Positions 41,701 through 56,700 of a DNA stretch of 64,000 bases are shown here, one piece after another; the first letter of the stretch is position 1; every line of letters begins with the position of its first letter. The translations under genes were made by a program, and so were the position numbers. The stretch is from Ostreococcus lucimarinus (lineage: Eukaryota), in NCBI GenBank assembly GCA_000092065.1, contig CP000595.1; one strand, given 5' to 3'. The notes under the pieces are model-generated. The model was not told the origin of the DNA and ran no database searches. It saw only the letters and a program-made list of their open reading frames with translations.

Positions 41701-44700
41701 CCGGGAAGATTGTGCCAAGCTGGATGAACTCAGTCCCTAGAGGTGACTGGACCGCAGACCCGAAGGTGATTGAAGTGTACATCGAGCCGCAAAACGTGAG
41801 ATGGAACGAGTATAGGCGCGTCGTCAAGGTTGGCGACATGCTGCAGATTCAATTCTACACTGACCAACCGGTGAAGGGCGTGCGCGCGCTCATCGGAGAC
41901 GATAAAGCCCTTCCGCCTGCGACACATTCCGAAGTCGCGAGCGCCATGAACGTCGAGCGACCGTGCTCAAGCGATCCGGACATGCAAACTTGGCTCGGCG
42001 CGCGCGGCTTGCTCGCGCTCGCCGCCGAAGAGTACAACGACGGATCGCAGTTTTCGAACGACGACGATTGGTTCGATTGGTTGGTTCAGACGTCTTACAA
42101 CTATCGCCAACCCGTGCCCAATGTGCCGAATTACCCCAACGCCGCTGTTACGTGCACTGGATTCTGGGTCCAACGCGGGTTACGACCCAACGGTAAGCGT
42201 TATTCGGTGCGCCGTTTGTGCCCGAATAGGTACTACTTGCGACGAAGCTCGTTCGCCGCTCAGGCGCCGCTTACGTGCTCGGATCCAAATGATCGAATCT
42301 ACAAAGCCACAGACGCGTACAACTATTGGGTGATCAACTTTAGATACGTCACATCGCATCAAGTCGTCAATGGCGACGGAGCGCTTCAAATCAAGTGGCA
42401 GTTGACCACGATGGACGACCGCGTGTTGCCGACGGGTGGCGGTTGGCAGACCTCTGCAGCCTTCTTCACCTCTGCGGACACCTCTGCGGATGTCAATCAT
42501 CTCAAACCAACGTCAACTGATGCCGTCGGCGCTGCGTTTGATCCCGCGATTAGCTGCGGGCGCAACGCGGATACCGCGTTCAATCAAGCCGGGTCGGCAG
42601 TCTGGGCCGTCCAAGATACGCTGGCGCCTTCGTGCGCGAGCTTTGTCACGGATGGTTCGTGCGCGAGCACGACTGTCGCCCGTGTCGCTAACAGTAGCGG
42701 TACGACGTTCCCCACCGTCACGAATCCGGCGACCAATGTCGCCGAGCACGTGGCCGTCGTTGGTGATTATATCACGCTCATCATCACTTTTGACGAGCAT
42801 ATTGCAGCTGGAGTGTACGTGACTTTGAACGACGGGGTTCTCACCGCTCGAGCGACGAAAGTTGACAAGTACTCGGCGACGTTCACCTTTGAGGTGACGC
42901 AGACGCTCGCGGCTCTGAATACGTTTTTGGAGTACAAAGTGTACAATCTGAAGGATATTCAGGAAGCGAACACGGCGACGGCGACGTTTACGACGAACGT
43001 CTTCAACGCTGAAAAGATTCGGTTGCAAAGCGCGAGCGAATTGACGGCGTTTTCGCTCACCAATGGCGCGTGCTCAACCACTAGTAACAACGTGAATAAT
43101 CAGTACGCCAAAAATGGGAATACAGTCAACGTCTCAGTGACGCTGCCGCTGCCACCGAGTAGCGCCAACACCGTGCTGACCATCCACGAATCCAAACTTG
43201 CGGGCGTCTACGTCACGCCGCCGACGCCCACATGCGTGGGTACACCGAATGCGTGCACGATAACCATGGCGCGTACGGTTGACAGTCTCTCAGCGGACTT
43301 CGTCGATGGTAGCGTCGTGTCTTGGTCACTGGTGGTTATCGGTACGACCAAGTGTGCGCACCACGCTTCAAGCTTGTGCATCACACGCTTCAAGCTCACG
43401 TCGTGTCGCCCGACGTTTGCGTCTGAAGTCGTCTTGGATTTTACGCCGCCGTCTCTGACTTCGGTGCGTTTGAGCGAGCCTGTCACCTCAGCCTCGCTCG
43501 TCAATGGCACTGGTCAAGTGAAAGTTGACGTCGTATCGAGCGAACAATTGTATACGCTGACGTACACATTGGATACGCGAGGCCCCCTGTGCACGTACGA
43601 CTTTGGCATGGTCTCCGCCCAGTCGATGACGTTGACGACGGATGGTACTCTCACGGGTACGCACACAAAAACCATCACCGCCACGTATAACTCCGCATCG
43701 CTTCATTGCGTGCTCGAAGTCATCTGTATCACGTTTGTCGGCGAAGATATGGCTGGACACAAGCTCACGAATCCGACGACGTGTCGAAGCTTTTCTCCGA
43801 CGGATTCCGAAGACTATCCAGGATGGTTCATGCTTCACAACGTCGGCACGGGCCCAAGTTCTGTCTCGCTCGCCCGACCTCTCGGGTTACACTGCATGGA
43901 TAGTTCCGTGGACACGCAGGCATGCGCTAACAGCGCAAGCGTGACTTCGACGACGCTCGAGTACGGGAATTATCTCGCTCTCGACGTGTCGTCGGGGTAC
44001 CCTATCGGCATTACTGACATTTCCGTGGACGGCCATTCCGTCTACGCGGCGACTGGCTTTGGCTCGTCTACGTTCCAAAATGATAACGCGTGGACGATCG
44101 ATTGCTCTGATTTGGTTCGCGACGACTTGTGCGTGCGCTTTGCCACGAGCGCGACGTGCCAGGCGTACTTATGCCCGACGTGCCAGTACGCCGGTATGTG
44201 TGACTTTTCGTGCGGCTACTGCGATAGCCGTCGAGCCTTCTCGAAAACTCACAAACTAACGCTGAAGACGACCGATTTCGGATTACCCGCGACCGATTTC
44301 ACTAACGAAGTCGTCACAGTTTCGTATCGAACGAATCCGGCGATTGCGCCGGCGGCGACGATGAACTCGACGGATACTCTTACGTACACGGCGCCCACGA
44401 CGAGTTCGTGTGCTGGTCGATGTGGAGGTACAGCGCCATCTGGCTGCGAATGCAACCCGACTTGCAAATCTCGGGGCACGTGCTGCGCTGATGCCGGCCA
44501 CTGTTGTACCGTCGGTTTGCCGTCCACAGGCGCTCTCAACGTCGACGGTGGATGTCTTCGACCAAACGCCGTGACGCTCAGCGTCACCAAAGAGTCTTGG
44601 GGGGTGGACACGAAAGGCGTGCGAAAATCTAACGTTAACCGATACTCCACGATTTACATTAAACTGACTGGAAACAAGCCGATTGACGTGCGACGTGTGC

Positions 44701-47700
44701 TCATCGGTGGCGTCCTTGTTCCAGATTCGGACGTCGCCATCGAGTACAACTCGCAGACGTCCGCGCGACAGTCTCTCAACGAAGCGCTCGTGGCGTACGG
44801 CAACGGCAATGATGCTCAGTTCACGTCGAAGAGTGCAGCGTTCGCGGGGAGTCTAGCGACCCTCCCAAGCGCTGCCTATTCGTGGGATGGCAATGAGTTT
44901 TCAATAGCGTTCCCGGACATTCCAAGTACGCTCGTCGCCACCATTCGCGTCAACGGCGCAAACCTGGTTCCGCAACCTGACGGCGCGTTGACGTATGAGG
45001 TAGTGTACCGCGAACGTTCGGGTGCGCCTTACTTTACGGACAACACCGAGCTCACCCTCACCGGAACTGGTCCGACGTGGTTGAATCCGCCGTCCATCTC
45101 AAGTGTCTCTTACGTTCTCTTGAACAGCAGCTCGACCTGCGACTTGTCCACTCCGGGCACACCGGTGACCGCGGCAGGCAACGGTTTGACAAAGATTGAA
45201 ATCGGTCATCAACTCCGAACCGTAGTGACGTTCAGTTCGCCGGTCGTCGTTCGCAAGTGGACCGTGGAAGGTGCGGAAACAAATTGCTACGGCACGTGTC
45301 ATCTCCACGGATTGTGCAAACTTGACCCGCACATTTTGCCGCCCGACGAACACGATGAAGCTGAATACATCACCACCTGGACGAGCTGCCGTACTTTCGA
45401 TGCCAAAGAAATGACCACACTCGAGAATCTTGAATGTGGTGTTCGCGAATTCATTCGCGCCGTCGACAGGTCAGGTAACCTCGTCATGGGTGAGCGATGG
45501 AACAACTTGTATTGCTTCACATTGCCGCCGGCGATTCCGAGTCAAGGTTTGATAAAAGTACGCGGTCTAACGTCTTGCTACCGAAGTACGACGACGAAAA
45601 AGTTTGGCCCAGGTTGTATCGCTACCATCCACATCGAAGCCGACGGCGAAATCATGGAGCCAACGGTGAAGTGGTGGAACACAGCGACCAACGCGTACGC
45701 AAACTTTCCTTCTGCGTGCGTCATGACGGCGACGGATCCGACGTCTCCAAGCTCGTTGGTTTGGACACTCACATGTGCGGGTACAGCCGCGGCGACATTC
45801 CCACCCAGTAACTCTTACACGTTACAGCTTGAAGTCAGCGACGTGCGAGCCACGGACGAGTCAACCTTTACGGGCACGGCGCGAGACACGGACGACGGAT
45901 ACCTAGGCTCAGACAAGGACCCGATCATCGTCGATAACCTCGCACCCACGCCGACTGCCACTGTCCCGCTTTCGTGTGCGTTAGTCATAGGAAGCCAATC
46001 TACGATAACCGTCACGTATGCGGTGGAACCATCATGGCGCCCGACTGTGAGCGCGTTTGGCGCGCAGGTTGGCGGCGTCATTGCGCAAACCGGCGCGTTG
46101 AGCGGATTTCACACCGTTTGGATTGCACCGATCACAGTCCCCTCCGACTGGTTAGGCGGTAGCCCGATGCCTTTCGTGATTACGAACGGCGAGGATGAGT
46201 ACGGCAACATCGACACGACGTCGCACGGGAACTACTTGTCCAATGACAACGTGCTCACTGGGGATGTGAATTGTTCAGTGAATGTCGATGCGCCGCGAGT
46301 CACGTCTGCGACGTGCGCTAGCCCGTCACCGAGGGTCGTCAAACCAGGCGGAAGTGTGACGGTTGATTTCTCCACCAATGTTGCAGTGACGATTCCGTCG
46401 GGTTGCGTCAAGATTTCCGGTGTCACGGTGACGCCCACGGATCTGGGAGGCTCGAAAAAGAGCTGGAGAGCCACGGCGACCATTCCGTCAGACCCCCCCG
46501 CTTGCGACGGCGAAGTCGCTCTCAGCATCTGTGCTGAAATCACCGATACCGGAAATAACACCGGCGTTGAAGTAGTAACGCAGTTTTTTGGCCCCGAAAG
46601 CGAAGCTTGTCTCATCGACGGCACAGCGCCGGTGCTACAGTTGATTGATTTCACCAGCGACAACACGTACGATTCAAAACTGGCCACCGTCGGTGACACT
46701 GTTCGACTGTACTTTGAAGCGAGCGAAATGATCACCGCGCCTACAATTACGCTATTCGCGACCGCAACGCCGTCTGCAACGGCGGTTGAAACATCGGGAC
46801 CGAGTCGTCGACGATTCCCATCGACGGTGCTTAATGCAGGAGGAACGCAGTACGCGACAATATGGACGGCTGAATACGTCGTCGACGGGACCACGCCGGT
46901 AGGCGCGCTCACATGGGATGCGACTGGATTCATGGATCGCGCGACGAATGATGGCACTAAAAGTGCGTGCGCGGATTGGAACCCGCCATCTTGTTCAATC
47001 GTGCACGCTGCGCAGACGACTGCGCAACGAGCTCTCGAACCAAGTATCAACTTTGTCGGCGACGTCGTTCAAACGTTCAACAACTTTTTGACGACGTCAC
47101 CGAGCGGTAACGTGTCCACACTGTTTTCGTGCTACGCCAACTCATCATCGACATCGCTGTCGGCGTTAAATCTGGCAATCTTGAAGACAGATTTGTCGCG
47201 GCACGATATCGTCGCTGGTGGGATATTCCAACATCATCTCATGACGGCTCAAGATTTGTGGTGGCAACGCGGTGGCGCGTGTGGCACCGCCAATGGTCTC
47301 ATGTGTCGGTCGACATGCGGACGGTGTAACGATGCCGCCGTCGTGGTACACCGCACGACAACCACGCTCACTGTTGCAAACGTCACCGCCGGTGGTACCG
47401 CCATTCCGGGAGACCAATGTCCAGGAGGTGTGGGTACGTGCATGTGCAACCCAACGCTCGGCGATCAATCCGAAGCCCGCTATATCGTGAGCACCTCGGC
47501 CCGCGATCTTGTCTCGAAACCAACCATCAGATTTAACGACACTAGCGGCACGGTGTATACCGTACCCGAGGCCAACATCGTGGCGGTGAGTCCTGTCATG
47601 TGGCCCACGCTCCCGACGGTGGATTGTCTGTCCGAATCGACGGTGCGCGACGGCGTCTGCGACCCATCCGCCACGTTGAACAATCGCGACGGATGCTGGG

Positions 47701-50700
47701 ACGGTGGCGATTGCTGCCAAGACACGTGCCGGCAAGTCTTTAGTGACGGCGCATATTGCCAGGCGCAAGATTGCCGGGATCACTCAATCTCACCAGTGAC
47801 AGGGCGACCGACATCTGGGTTCTGGAGCTCGTACAACGCCAAGGCGCTCGTCGCTCGGGAACTCTCTGTGGAGTGGAAGGTGACGTTTCCAGTAGATGAC
47901 ACTCTTCCGTTGATTGATGGCGTTCTCACCGGTACCGCGTGCTGCATGCAAGACAAGAGCGGCTTGGACGTGTTGCACGCAAATAAGGGTACATTCGTCG
48001 CGGGTGCGCCGTGCCTGGACGCTGTCTTGACTCGCGACACGAGCTGTTTGCTTCGCGCCGCGCTTACGGCGGACAACGGCGAATTCGTCGTCAAGGAAAA
48101 CCAGCCCGTATCGCTTACGCTCGAATTTGAAGGGAACCCTCGCGGGATGAATTGCACAATCGGCGGCGAATCGGTGACGATGACGCAGACACGCGCCGCG
48201 AGCTCTGGCGTCACCGCGCTGTGGTCAACCACACGGACTTCGGTGAATGCAGTCGACACCGCGATTGCGACGCGCATTGCGGCGTCTGAGGAGCAGAAGC
48301 GACGTCACGAACTTTTGCCCGAGGTTTTCGAATTAAATCTGTGGGCGAATTGTTCACGAGGCGTCACGATTCCGTTTGAGTGTTCCATTTCGGATTGCGG
48401 TGGCAACTTGTTTGAGATTACCGACGCCGTCGACCCGACTTCAGATGTGTGCTTTGACTACGTGCGCCCGGACGCGACCAGCATTGGGCAGACGAGTTCG
48501 AACACGTGCAGCAACGCATACGCCAAAGTTGGCGATACGCTGATACTCAACGTTACGATGGATGCGGACGTTTCCAATCCCACTGCGTACACCCTCGCTG
48601 GCGAAGCGTGCACGTTGAGAACTTTCGGTACGAATGCGTTTACGTGTGACGTCGTCGTGTCGTCGACGACGATTGAAGGACCCGCAAACTTCACGTTTGA
48701 CGGCATCAAAAGCTCTGTGCCCGCGTATCTCGACGCCGTCAACACGAGCTACACTGAACTGAAGACGTTATCTCCAGATGGCGTCGTCACGCTCGGTGGG
48801 GATCGCGTCATCATCGATCGGACTGCGCCGACTTTTGACTCTTTGGCGATGTACAGCCTCGAAGTCGCTAACAAGACGTGTCAGAAGCGGTGTACCGTTC
48901 GCGTCGCCATCGACGCCGCGGAAGAGTTGAGTAGCTGCACGGCAACTATCGGTGGCATCACTGCAAACATCACCGGCACGGGCTCCGAACGCGTGGCGGA
49001 GGCGTACATTGATGAGAACAGTGGTATAGCGGCGGGCGAGATTACCTTCTCCGTCATCTGCCTGGATCTCGCGTGCAACTCGGTGACGACATCGACGCTC
49101 GTTGGTGATACGGACGCCGTGATTTATTCTTTAGACCGGGACATTCCATTGGAAGTCTTGTTCTACAGCGATCGACCGGGGCACTTGGAAATTGGGAACG
49201 AAAACGACTGTCTCATGATGGAGATGAGGTTTCTTCTCGCCGTCGAACTGAAAGCCATCGTCATGGGCAATATTACGAACAACGCATTGAGTCTGTGGAA
49301 CATCACCACAACCGGTGGCGCCTTGGTAGTCCCGGGTACGACCCACACCTATTATCTCATCACTCACTGCATCACGGATGCGTGGGGTACGGAGGACTGG
49401 CCAGTCGTTCCTTGGAGTTTTACGTACGACGATGGATTGCAAGACGTTGTGTGGAACACGACTTTTACGTCTGACGTAAACTTTCCGCGAGTGGTCCGAC
49501 TCGATTTGGAAGACCCAGTCGCGACGTACGTCTACGCCTTCACCACTGGCGCTAATGATCCATCGGCTGGTCTCGGCGACGCGCTGTACTTGGATATCAT
49601 CGCCAGCGAAGCAGTTGTGGCGCCGACGGTGACGTTTGGCGGCGTAACGCTCAACGCCACCGATGTCTCGCAAGTGGGTACGTCTAGCGAGTGGCGCGCG
49701 GGTCCCTACATCGTGAAGAATTCGACGGATGACCCGAACATTCTGAAGGATATCAACGATTGTTTCTTATTCAGCGTGACGCTGAAGGACTTAGTCGATC
49801 ACACATCCATATTGTACTCGCAGCAAGTCAACGCCACGGGCTCGCTCAATTGCGTCACGCAACGCGTTGACATTGATCAAGATGCGCCCACCATCGTTTG
49901 GTTGCAAACTGAGTACGTCACCGCTACCACCGTAGACTTTACCTTTGCCGTAGACGAACTCTCCAACGTCAGCTACGTCGTCTTGCCGAGAGGTGCGGTG
50001 GAGCCGACGCCTTTGGAAGTTCAAGCAGGCACCGGAGCAGCGGGTACTGGCGCTGTGGCCAGCGGTGTTAAGGAATATCTTGGATCATCCACGCCTTCTC
50101 CGGGAGCTGGTGCGGGTGGCAAGGGCCAAGATGTGTTAAACATCACTGGTCTTCTCGCGGGTACGAACTACGACGTATGGTTCGTGCCTTTCGATCGATT
50201 CGGCAACTCCCAAACCGAGGCGCAAAGTCGATGGATACGAACCGTTGGGTTGGACATGCTCATCAACTCGCTTGCGACGCAAGAGGGCGGTTACACGGAT
50301 GTCATTCAGGTGAAGCTCACGCAAGTCCCGACCGCAGATGTTTCGGTGACGATCAGTGAACGCAGTGGTATCGGGAACGTCGTCCTCGTTGATCAGGCGC
50401 TGAGTCTTACGGATTACGTCTCCTCGGTGACGCTAGTCTTCACGCCCATCACGTGGAACGTAGCGCAAGAAGTCGGTGTCAAGGCGGTTGATGACATTTA
50501 TGTCGAAGATCAACACACAGAAGAGTTGAAGTTTGACGTACGATCGCTTGATGTACGCTATGACGCGCTCGTCGATCCAAACCGTACGGTCGTCATCGCA
50601 GATAACGACGAGTGTGGCGTCATCGTGTATGACCCCAACAATCGACCCTTGGAGCGCACTCTCTCGTGCAGCGCGAATGCAGTGATCGCTTTGTTGAACT

Positions 50701-53700
50701 ATTCCGTCGCTGAAGATACGACGGTATACGCAGATATCTACTTGCAAGCGGCGGTGCGAGGCGATGACGTGCGCGTGACGCTGACGAGCTCTGATTTGAC
50801 GCAAATTTCATCTCCAGCGTCCGTCACTCTGACGTTCAACGAAACCAACTACAATTTGGCGCAACGTGTCCCAATCATTCCGGTGTATTCGTGCGTCGCC
50901 GCGCTTGATCGCTACGTTCCGATCGCAGTGAGCGTAGAATCCGCGACGACGTGCGGCGATCTCGTCGTACCAGAAATTCCTGTGTACGTGACAGATTTGC
51001 AAAAGGTTGGATTAGCGTTTACCAAGGCGCAAATCACCGGCCCCCCCGGGAGCAACTACGAGTTTGACATGTATTTAACGTCTCAACCGACATCAGACGT
51101 TCAAGTGTCCTTAGCAACGCTACCAGACGCTTTCGGAGCCGACTTGTACGGCAGCGCGTCGTTCAATTGCGGTGCCCAAGGTCCTGTTTGGACGTTTAGT
51201 GCTGATGAGTGCTCGGTGCCGGTGACTTGCATCGTCACGCTCGTCGGCGACGACACCAAGTGCGGAGATGTGACGTTGCAAGTTGGCGCCAAAGTCACTT
51301 CCTTGGATTCAATGTACAACGGCATCTCGAGTTCGCCGCCGAATATGACCATCCTCGAAACCGCCAACGCCGCGGGATGGTACATTCGAAATGCTGACAA
51401 CACAGAATTCATCGTGACGCCGCCAGATGCGCCAAACGGCACGTTGCCGCTCGAACCGTGGAAGGTGAATGAACAGATTGAAACGGGTATTTACACCATC
51501 ACACCGACTACGGCGTTGTGCAAAACAGTGACCCTTCGACCGTATATTCCAGACACAGATTACGCTCGATACGCCACCATCTCTCCGAGACAGGTGACAC
51601 TTGAGGCTGGATTCTTTGGTCCGACGAAGTTCAAAGTCATCTTCCCGCGTAACTACAACGTGCCCGTGACGAACGACATCGTTCAAATTTGGCACGATGT
51701 GGTGTACGGCACTGATGATCCGGATTACCTCGCATTGAGCCCGAATCTCGGTGGTAGTGCCCTGCCGGTCGAAATCGTCGAGTACGACGTCGCCGGTTTA
51801 TTGCTCGGCAACGGCGCGGAGAACACTGTTCTCATCGATGAGCCGTGCTCGACAGATGTGACGACACAGGTCTCATCTTTGGGATTCACGCTGTCAAGTG
51901 CACCCTCTGCAACTGTCGTCGTTTCGCTCAGCGAAATGAATTACAACGCGACTCAACTCGCGATTCTGAAGGCGAATAAACACCTTGTGTTGGGGACAAC
52001 GTCGCTGAGTTTTACGCCCAACAATTGGAACATTCCGCAGCCGGTGATGGTCTCCGCCATCAGCTATGACAACCTGACGGAAGCCCGCACGGCATATGTA
52101 TGTGGAGATATGACTTCAGATGATGATGTGTATCAAGCACTGAATCAAACGTGCTACCCCGTGCATATTTGTGATTGCTCCGGTTCATGCGGTCTCATCT
52201 CGTTTGATGATCACGCGAATTGTACTTTCGCCGCTGACCAATTAAACAACACGGAGATAACGTTCCCGCCTAGTATGAAGCAACTTTCATCTTGTTGGAA
52301 CATCAGTGCCACCTGTGGCGGTATTCAGGTCGCGAGTTTAAGCGCTGCCGGTCACGATCCGGTCATGACGAACTTTACGACGCTGCCAGATTCTGAAGCG
52401 TACTCGGTGAGTTTGGACAAAGTACAACGGTTATTTTACACCACGCAGTGGTCTGTCATCGATAAACTCGAGCTACCGCTATCGCTAATCGATGGTGGTA
52501 TGCAAGGCTTGACGGACGCTTCTGGTACCTATTGCCTCGGTATCTCATCATCGAGCTTTGTCGTCAACAACACAGCCAATGGTGGCTTGTTTGTTGAAAA
52601 GGCCGCCCCGATGAGCGCCTTTGCGAATTCTTTCGAAATCCTCCCGGCAGCGGCGAATACATTTGATTCGGACGTGTACATCCTTGAGGTGAGAGTTCTT
52701 GCCGGTGCATCGCCGTTGACTGATTCGTATTCGCTCAATTGCACGGATGGAGGCAACTTCTCTGCACCAGGCGGATGTATCATCGGTCCCAGTCTTCGAG
52801 GGTATTTCAATAACGCAACGCAAGTCATGACGTTCACGAACACGGCATATCTCCCGGAAGCAGATTTGGCCAACGCAGCTGGTAGAAAATTACTTGGAAA
52901 GTACCCATACCCATCACAACGCCGTCGCCTGTTGCAGGCACCGGCTGCACCGGCTCCTGCATCGACTTCTCAATTTGTGTGGGCTGTGAACAACATAACG
53001 TTTTCGGACATCAGTCTAGATCCCACCGGTGCGACGCGAATGATGAACACTCGAGTGGTGGATCAGTTCGGGGCCATCGTCGAAGGACCAATTCTAAATA
53101 TCGATACCGAAGGTGTGAACGATCCACCGATTATCGATATCGACTTGCCGCTCATTTACACAGAGAAAGAGAGTCTGACGCTCAACGCACCGCTTCAAGC
53201 CTATGACGTTGACAATTATAATTGGACGCAGTGTGTCGTGAACATCACGGATATCGCAAACAACTTCATGGCTGGAGATACATTCTCGTATAACAAAACG
53301 GCAATCGTCGAATACTATCAGTATTGGAACACATCTTTGCCAGCCGGTTTCGTGGACATTGACGCCACGTTCACCGACTCTCAGCGTACAGTGACTTTCG
53401 CCGGCCTGGCGCCGCCGGCGGCGTACTTGCGTGCGATGCGAAACCTGGTGCTGTTGAATGCTGGACCGGCAATGACAGCGGATGATCGATACATCATGTT
53501 CTGCTGTCAAGATCCGGAAGCGCTCAACAACAAAGGGTGCGGTTTGCAACGTGTTGTGTTCCAACCCGTCAACGACCCCCCGCTAGCTGAGAACAAGATT
53601 GTGTATCTTGCTGATCCTCGCGTCGGAGGGTTAACCGGTGAAACTGTTCCAGGATCAGATCCTGATGGCGATACGTTCACGTTCAATATTTCATGCTTAC

Positions 53701-56700
53701 CGAACAAGGGTGACTTGACGTTCAACACCGCCACCGGACAGTTTGATTATGCCCCGTATCCAAACATGATCGGCGACGACAGATTCGTGTACTTTACGTG
53801 GGATGGATACACCGGTCCAAACGAACGCCCGTTGCAGTCGAAATACGCCACTGTAGAGATTCGCATCGGCAACGGCGAGACGAATCCCGTGGCGCAAGAT
53901 ATTAACGTCGATGTGTGGGAGAACTCTGCTGAGTATTTCACGTTCAGCGCCACCGATGCAGATTCCACCAACACGGAGATGACGAACGATATTCTTCGAT
54001 ATCAAATCTTTGAAGAACCGGAGCTGAATGTTGCGGGTATTCAGCTTGACACTCAGCAAATGAGTGGAGGGAAGCGATATTCCGAAAATGCAACGTTCCA
54101 GTACACGGCGTTCTCGAGTTCTGATCTCGTCAGGCGCGTGTCAGAGCGTATGGCGAACTACGGCACCAACTTCGATTTCAACACTCTTGCGCGAGAAAAT
54201 CATCCGGGATTCAACGTGACGTCCTTCAAATATGTCGCTATCGATTTATCTGGTCGCGTTTCCAACGTCGCAAACGCCTGGGTCTGGGTTCGACTCACCT
54301 CAGAGACGAATTCTCGACCGAGTGCCAACGCGATGACGTTCACCACGCCTGAATCTGTCGGCGTGGCGAGCAATTTCGACACGGCGGATTCCGAATCCCC
54401 GTTGCAACTGAGACACACGCTCCCATCGCTCGCGTTACAGCCGACGCTCGGCGTCGCTGCGCAAGTCGGTATCGCTGCCTCACCCTACGGCAAGGCGTTC
54501 ACATATGAACCGTTTCCATTCTATTACGGCGTTGATGTGTTCGAATACCTCGTCACCGATCCACACGGGTCTACTTCTGATCTCACCACTATCACCGTCA
54601 CGGTCTCGCAAGTCGATCAGCCGCCACAAGGCGCATGCGGAGTGAACTCTACTCTTAAGTCCTCAGCCGATCCGACGTACGATCTCAAAGGACGAACGGC
54701 GGAACTGAGCGTGCTCATGGGTTATCAAATTATCCGCGCCAAGACGATGCGATATTTGATCAATCCCGAGCGAAGAGACTTGGAGTTTTACAATTACTTG
54801 CCCTTTATCAATGATTTGTCCAAGTTTGACAGCGTCATCGATCATCAAAATATATTTTTGTCATGTGGGTCGACTTCAGCTTTGACAACGGCTGCTATTT
54901 ATCACGACCAAGTGACCGCGGTGGCGCTCTTGGCGTACGATGTCGACCAAGCTGTGAACGACACAATACGGTACGTACTAAGTGAACTGCCGACTATAGC
55001 GTCGTCAGATGCAGCACGAGGTACAGCTGGGTACGCTGGTACTCTTTATCGATACGTCGCCCCGAATGGCACATATTACAACTCCACCGGGACGACAGTG
55101 TACTCTTACACATCAGATTCCGTCACCGGACTCACGCCGCTCGCCGCTGGTGATACCATCGGTGACGCCGCGAATGGGGCTGTAATGCTGCTTTTCAAGC
55201 CTCGAGAATACATCCACGGACCAATCACGTTCAAATGGCATGCGGTAGATACAACGACGTCGGCGCGAGGCGACGACGTCGCGATGACAATCAGTGCCAT
55301 GTGCAGAGGAGGTGAAAGCGTCAACGCTGACCATGGAGAAACGTGCGATTTGTGCCCAGTTGGTTCATTCAACTCGGCGAACATAGCCGATCAACAAAGC
55401 TGCGTGCAGTGCCCGGCGGGGAGTTACACCTCCGCCACGGGCTCGACTATTTGCGTGCCATGTCCCGCGGATACGTACGCGAGCACCGCCGGATCGCAAG
55501 TCTGTACACCATGCCCAGCGAACACGCGTTCACCATCAGGAAGCGACGACGTTTCAGATTGCCTGTGCGATATCGGTTTTGTCGTTTCGAACAGCCCGCA
55601 GTGCCATCCTTGCGCGCTCGATCGCGTCAAATGTACCGAACTCGGTCAGTACACACCTCTTCCGTACGATGGATTTTGGCAAGATAGCACAAATGGAAAA
55701 CGAAACCTCACCTGTATCCCGGGCTTGGCTTGTCAAGAGAAGTTTGATAAGGACGAAGTACGCACTGGTGCATGTGCGCAACCTCGGTTCTACGCCAATA
55801 ATGTGACAAATTCTCCCGCGTACGTCGGAGATGGTTGCTCAAAGTGTGCGAAAGATCACTATCGTTACGCGTCCTTCTGCGAAGCGTGTGACCCAGTGCA
55901 AGAAGTAAGAATCTTCTTCGTGATACTGGCGTACTGCGTTGCGCTTTACGCCATGTTCGAACTCGCAACACACCCAGCTATTCCTTCTTTGACGATTTTG
56001 CTGTCATTCACGCAAATCACTGCTCAAATGCAGTACTTTGAAATTCCGTGGCCGAAAGCGCTCGCGCGTTGGATGCAAGTCGCGTCGCTCGCCGTGGCAG
56101 ACTTACAAATCCTTGGTTTAGATTGCGTTTCGACCTGGGACTACTTCACGCGATTCGCGACGACCATGTTCGCACCTTTTGTTTGGGTGTTCGTCCTCGG
56201 CATCGCCATCATTTTACGCTGCTGGAGAGAGATTGCGAATCAAGCTTATGCGAACGTGCAGCGACGGCGACTGATTGAGCGTCGAAGACTGCTCCACGAA
56301 TTTGACGTCGACGCCAAAAAATGGACTGATCTCGCCATCGCTCGCGATGGGTTACCGTTTGATCGCCCCGATTTGAAGGGCAAAGGAGACGACTACAACG
56401 CACTTGAGCTGCATCTGTACGGCAATACTAAAAACGAAGGGTTGCGAAAAAGAGTCTTCAAAGAGGGCGTCGAAGAGTTACGCAAGGCGGATTTGCGGGC
56501 GAAAAGCTCGCAAGAACAGTCCAAGACTGAGCGAAAGCTGAGGCAAACCAAGGATGAAATAGAAGAGCTCGAAAAGCAAAAGGCTGTGAGCGCCAGAATC
56601 ATCCGGGATAACGTCAACCGCGCCATTCCTTCGCTCGTCATCGTCATGTGGTGGGGTTACATGCTCTTGAGCCGCACCGCGATCGAGTACTTTGAATGCA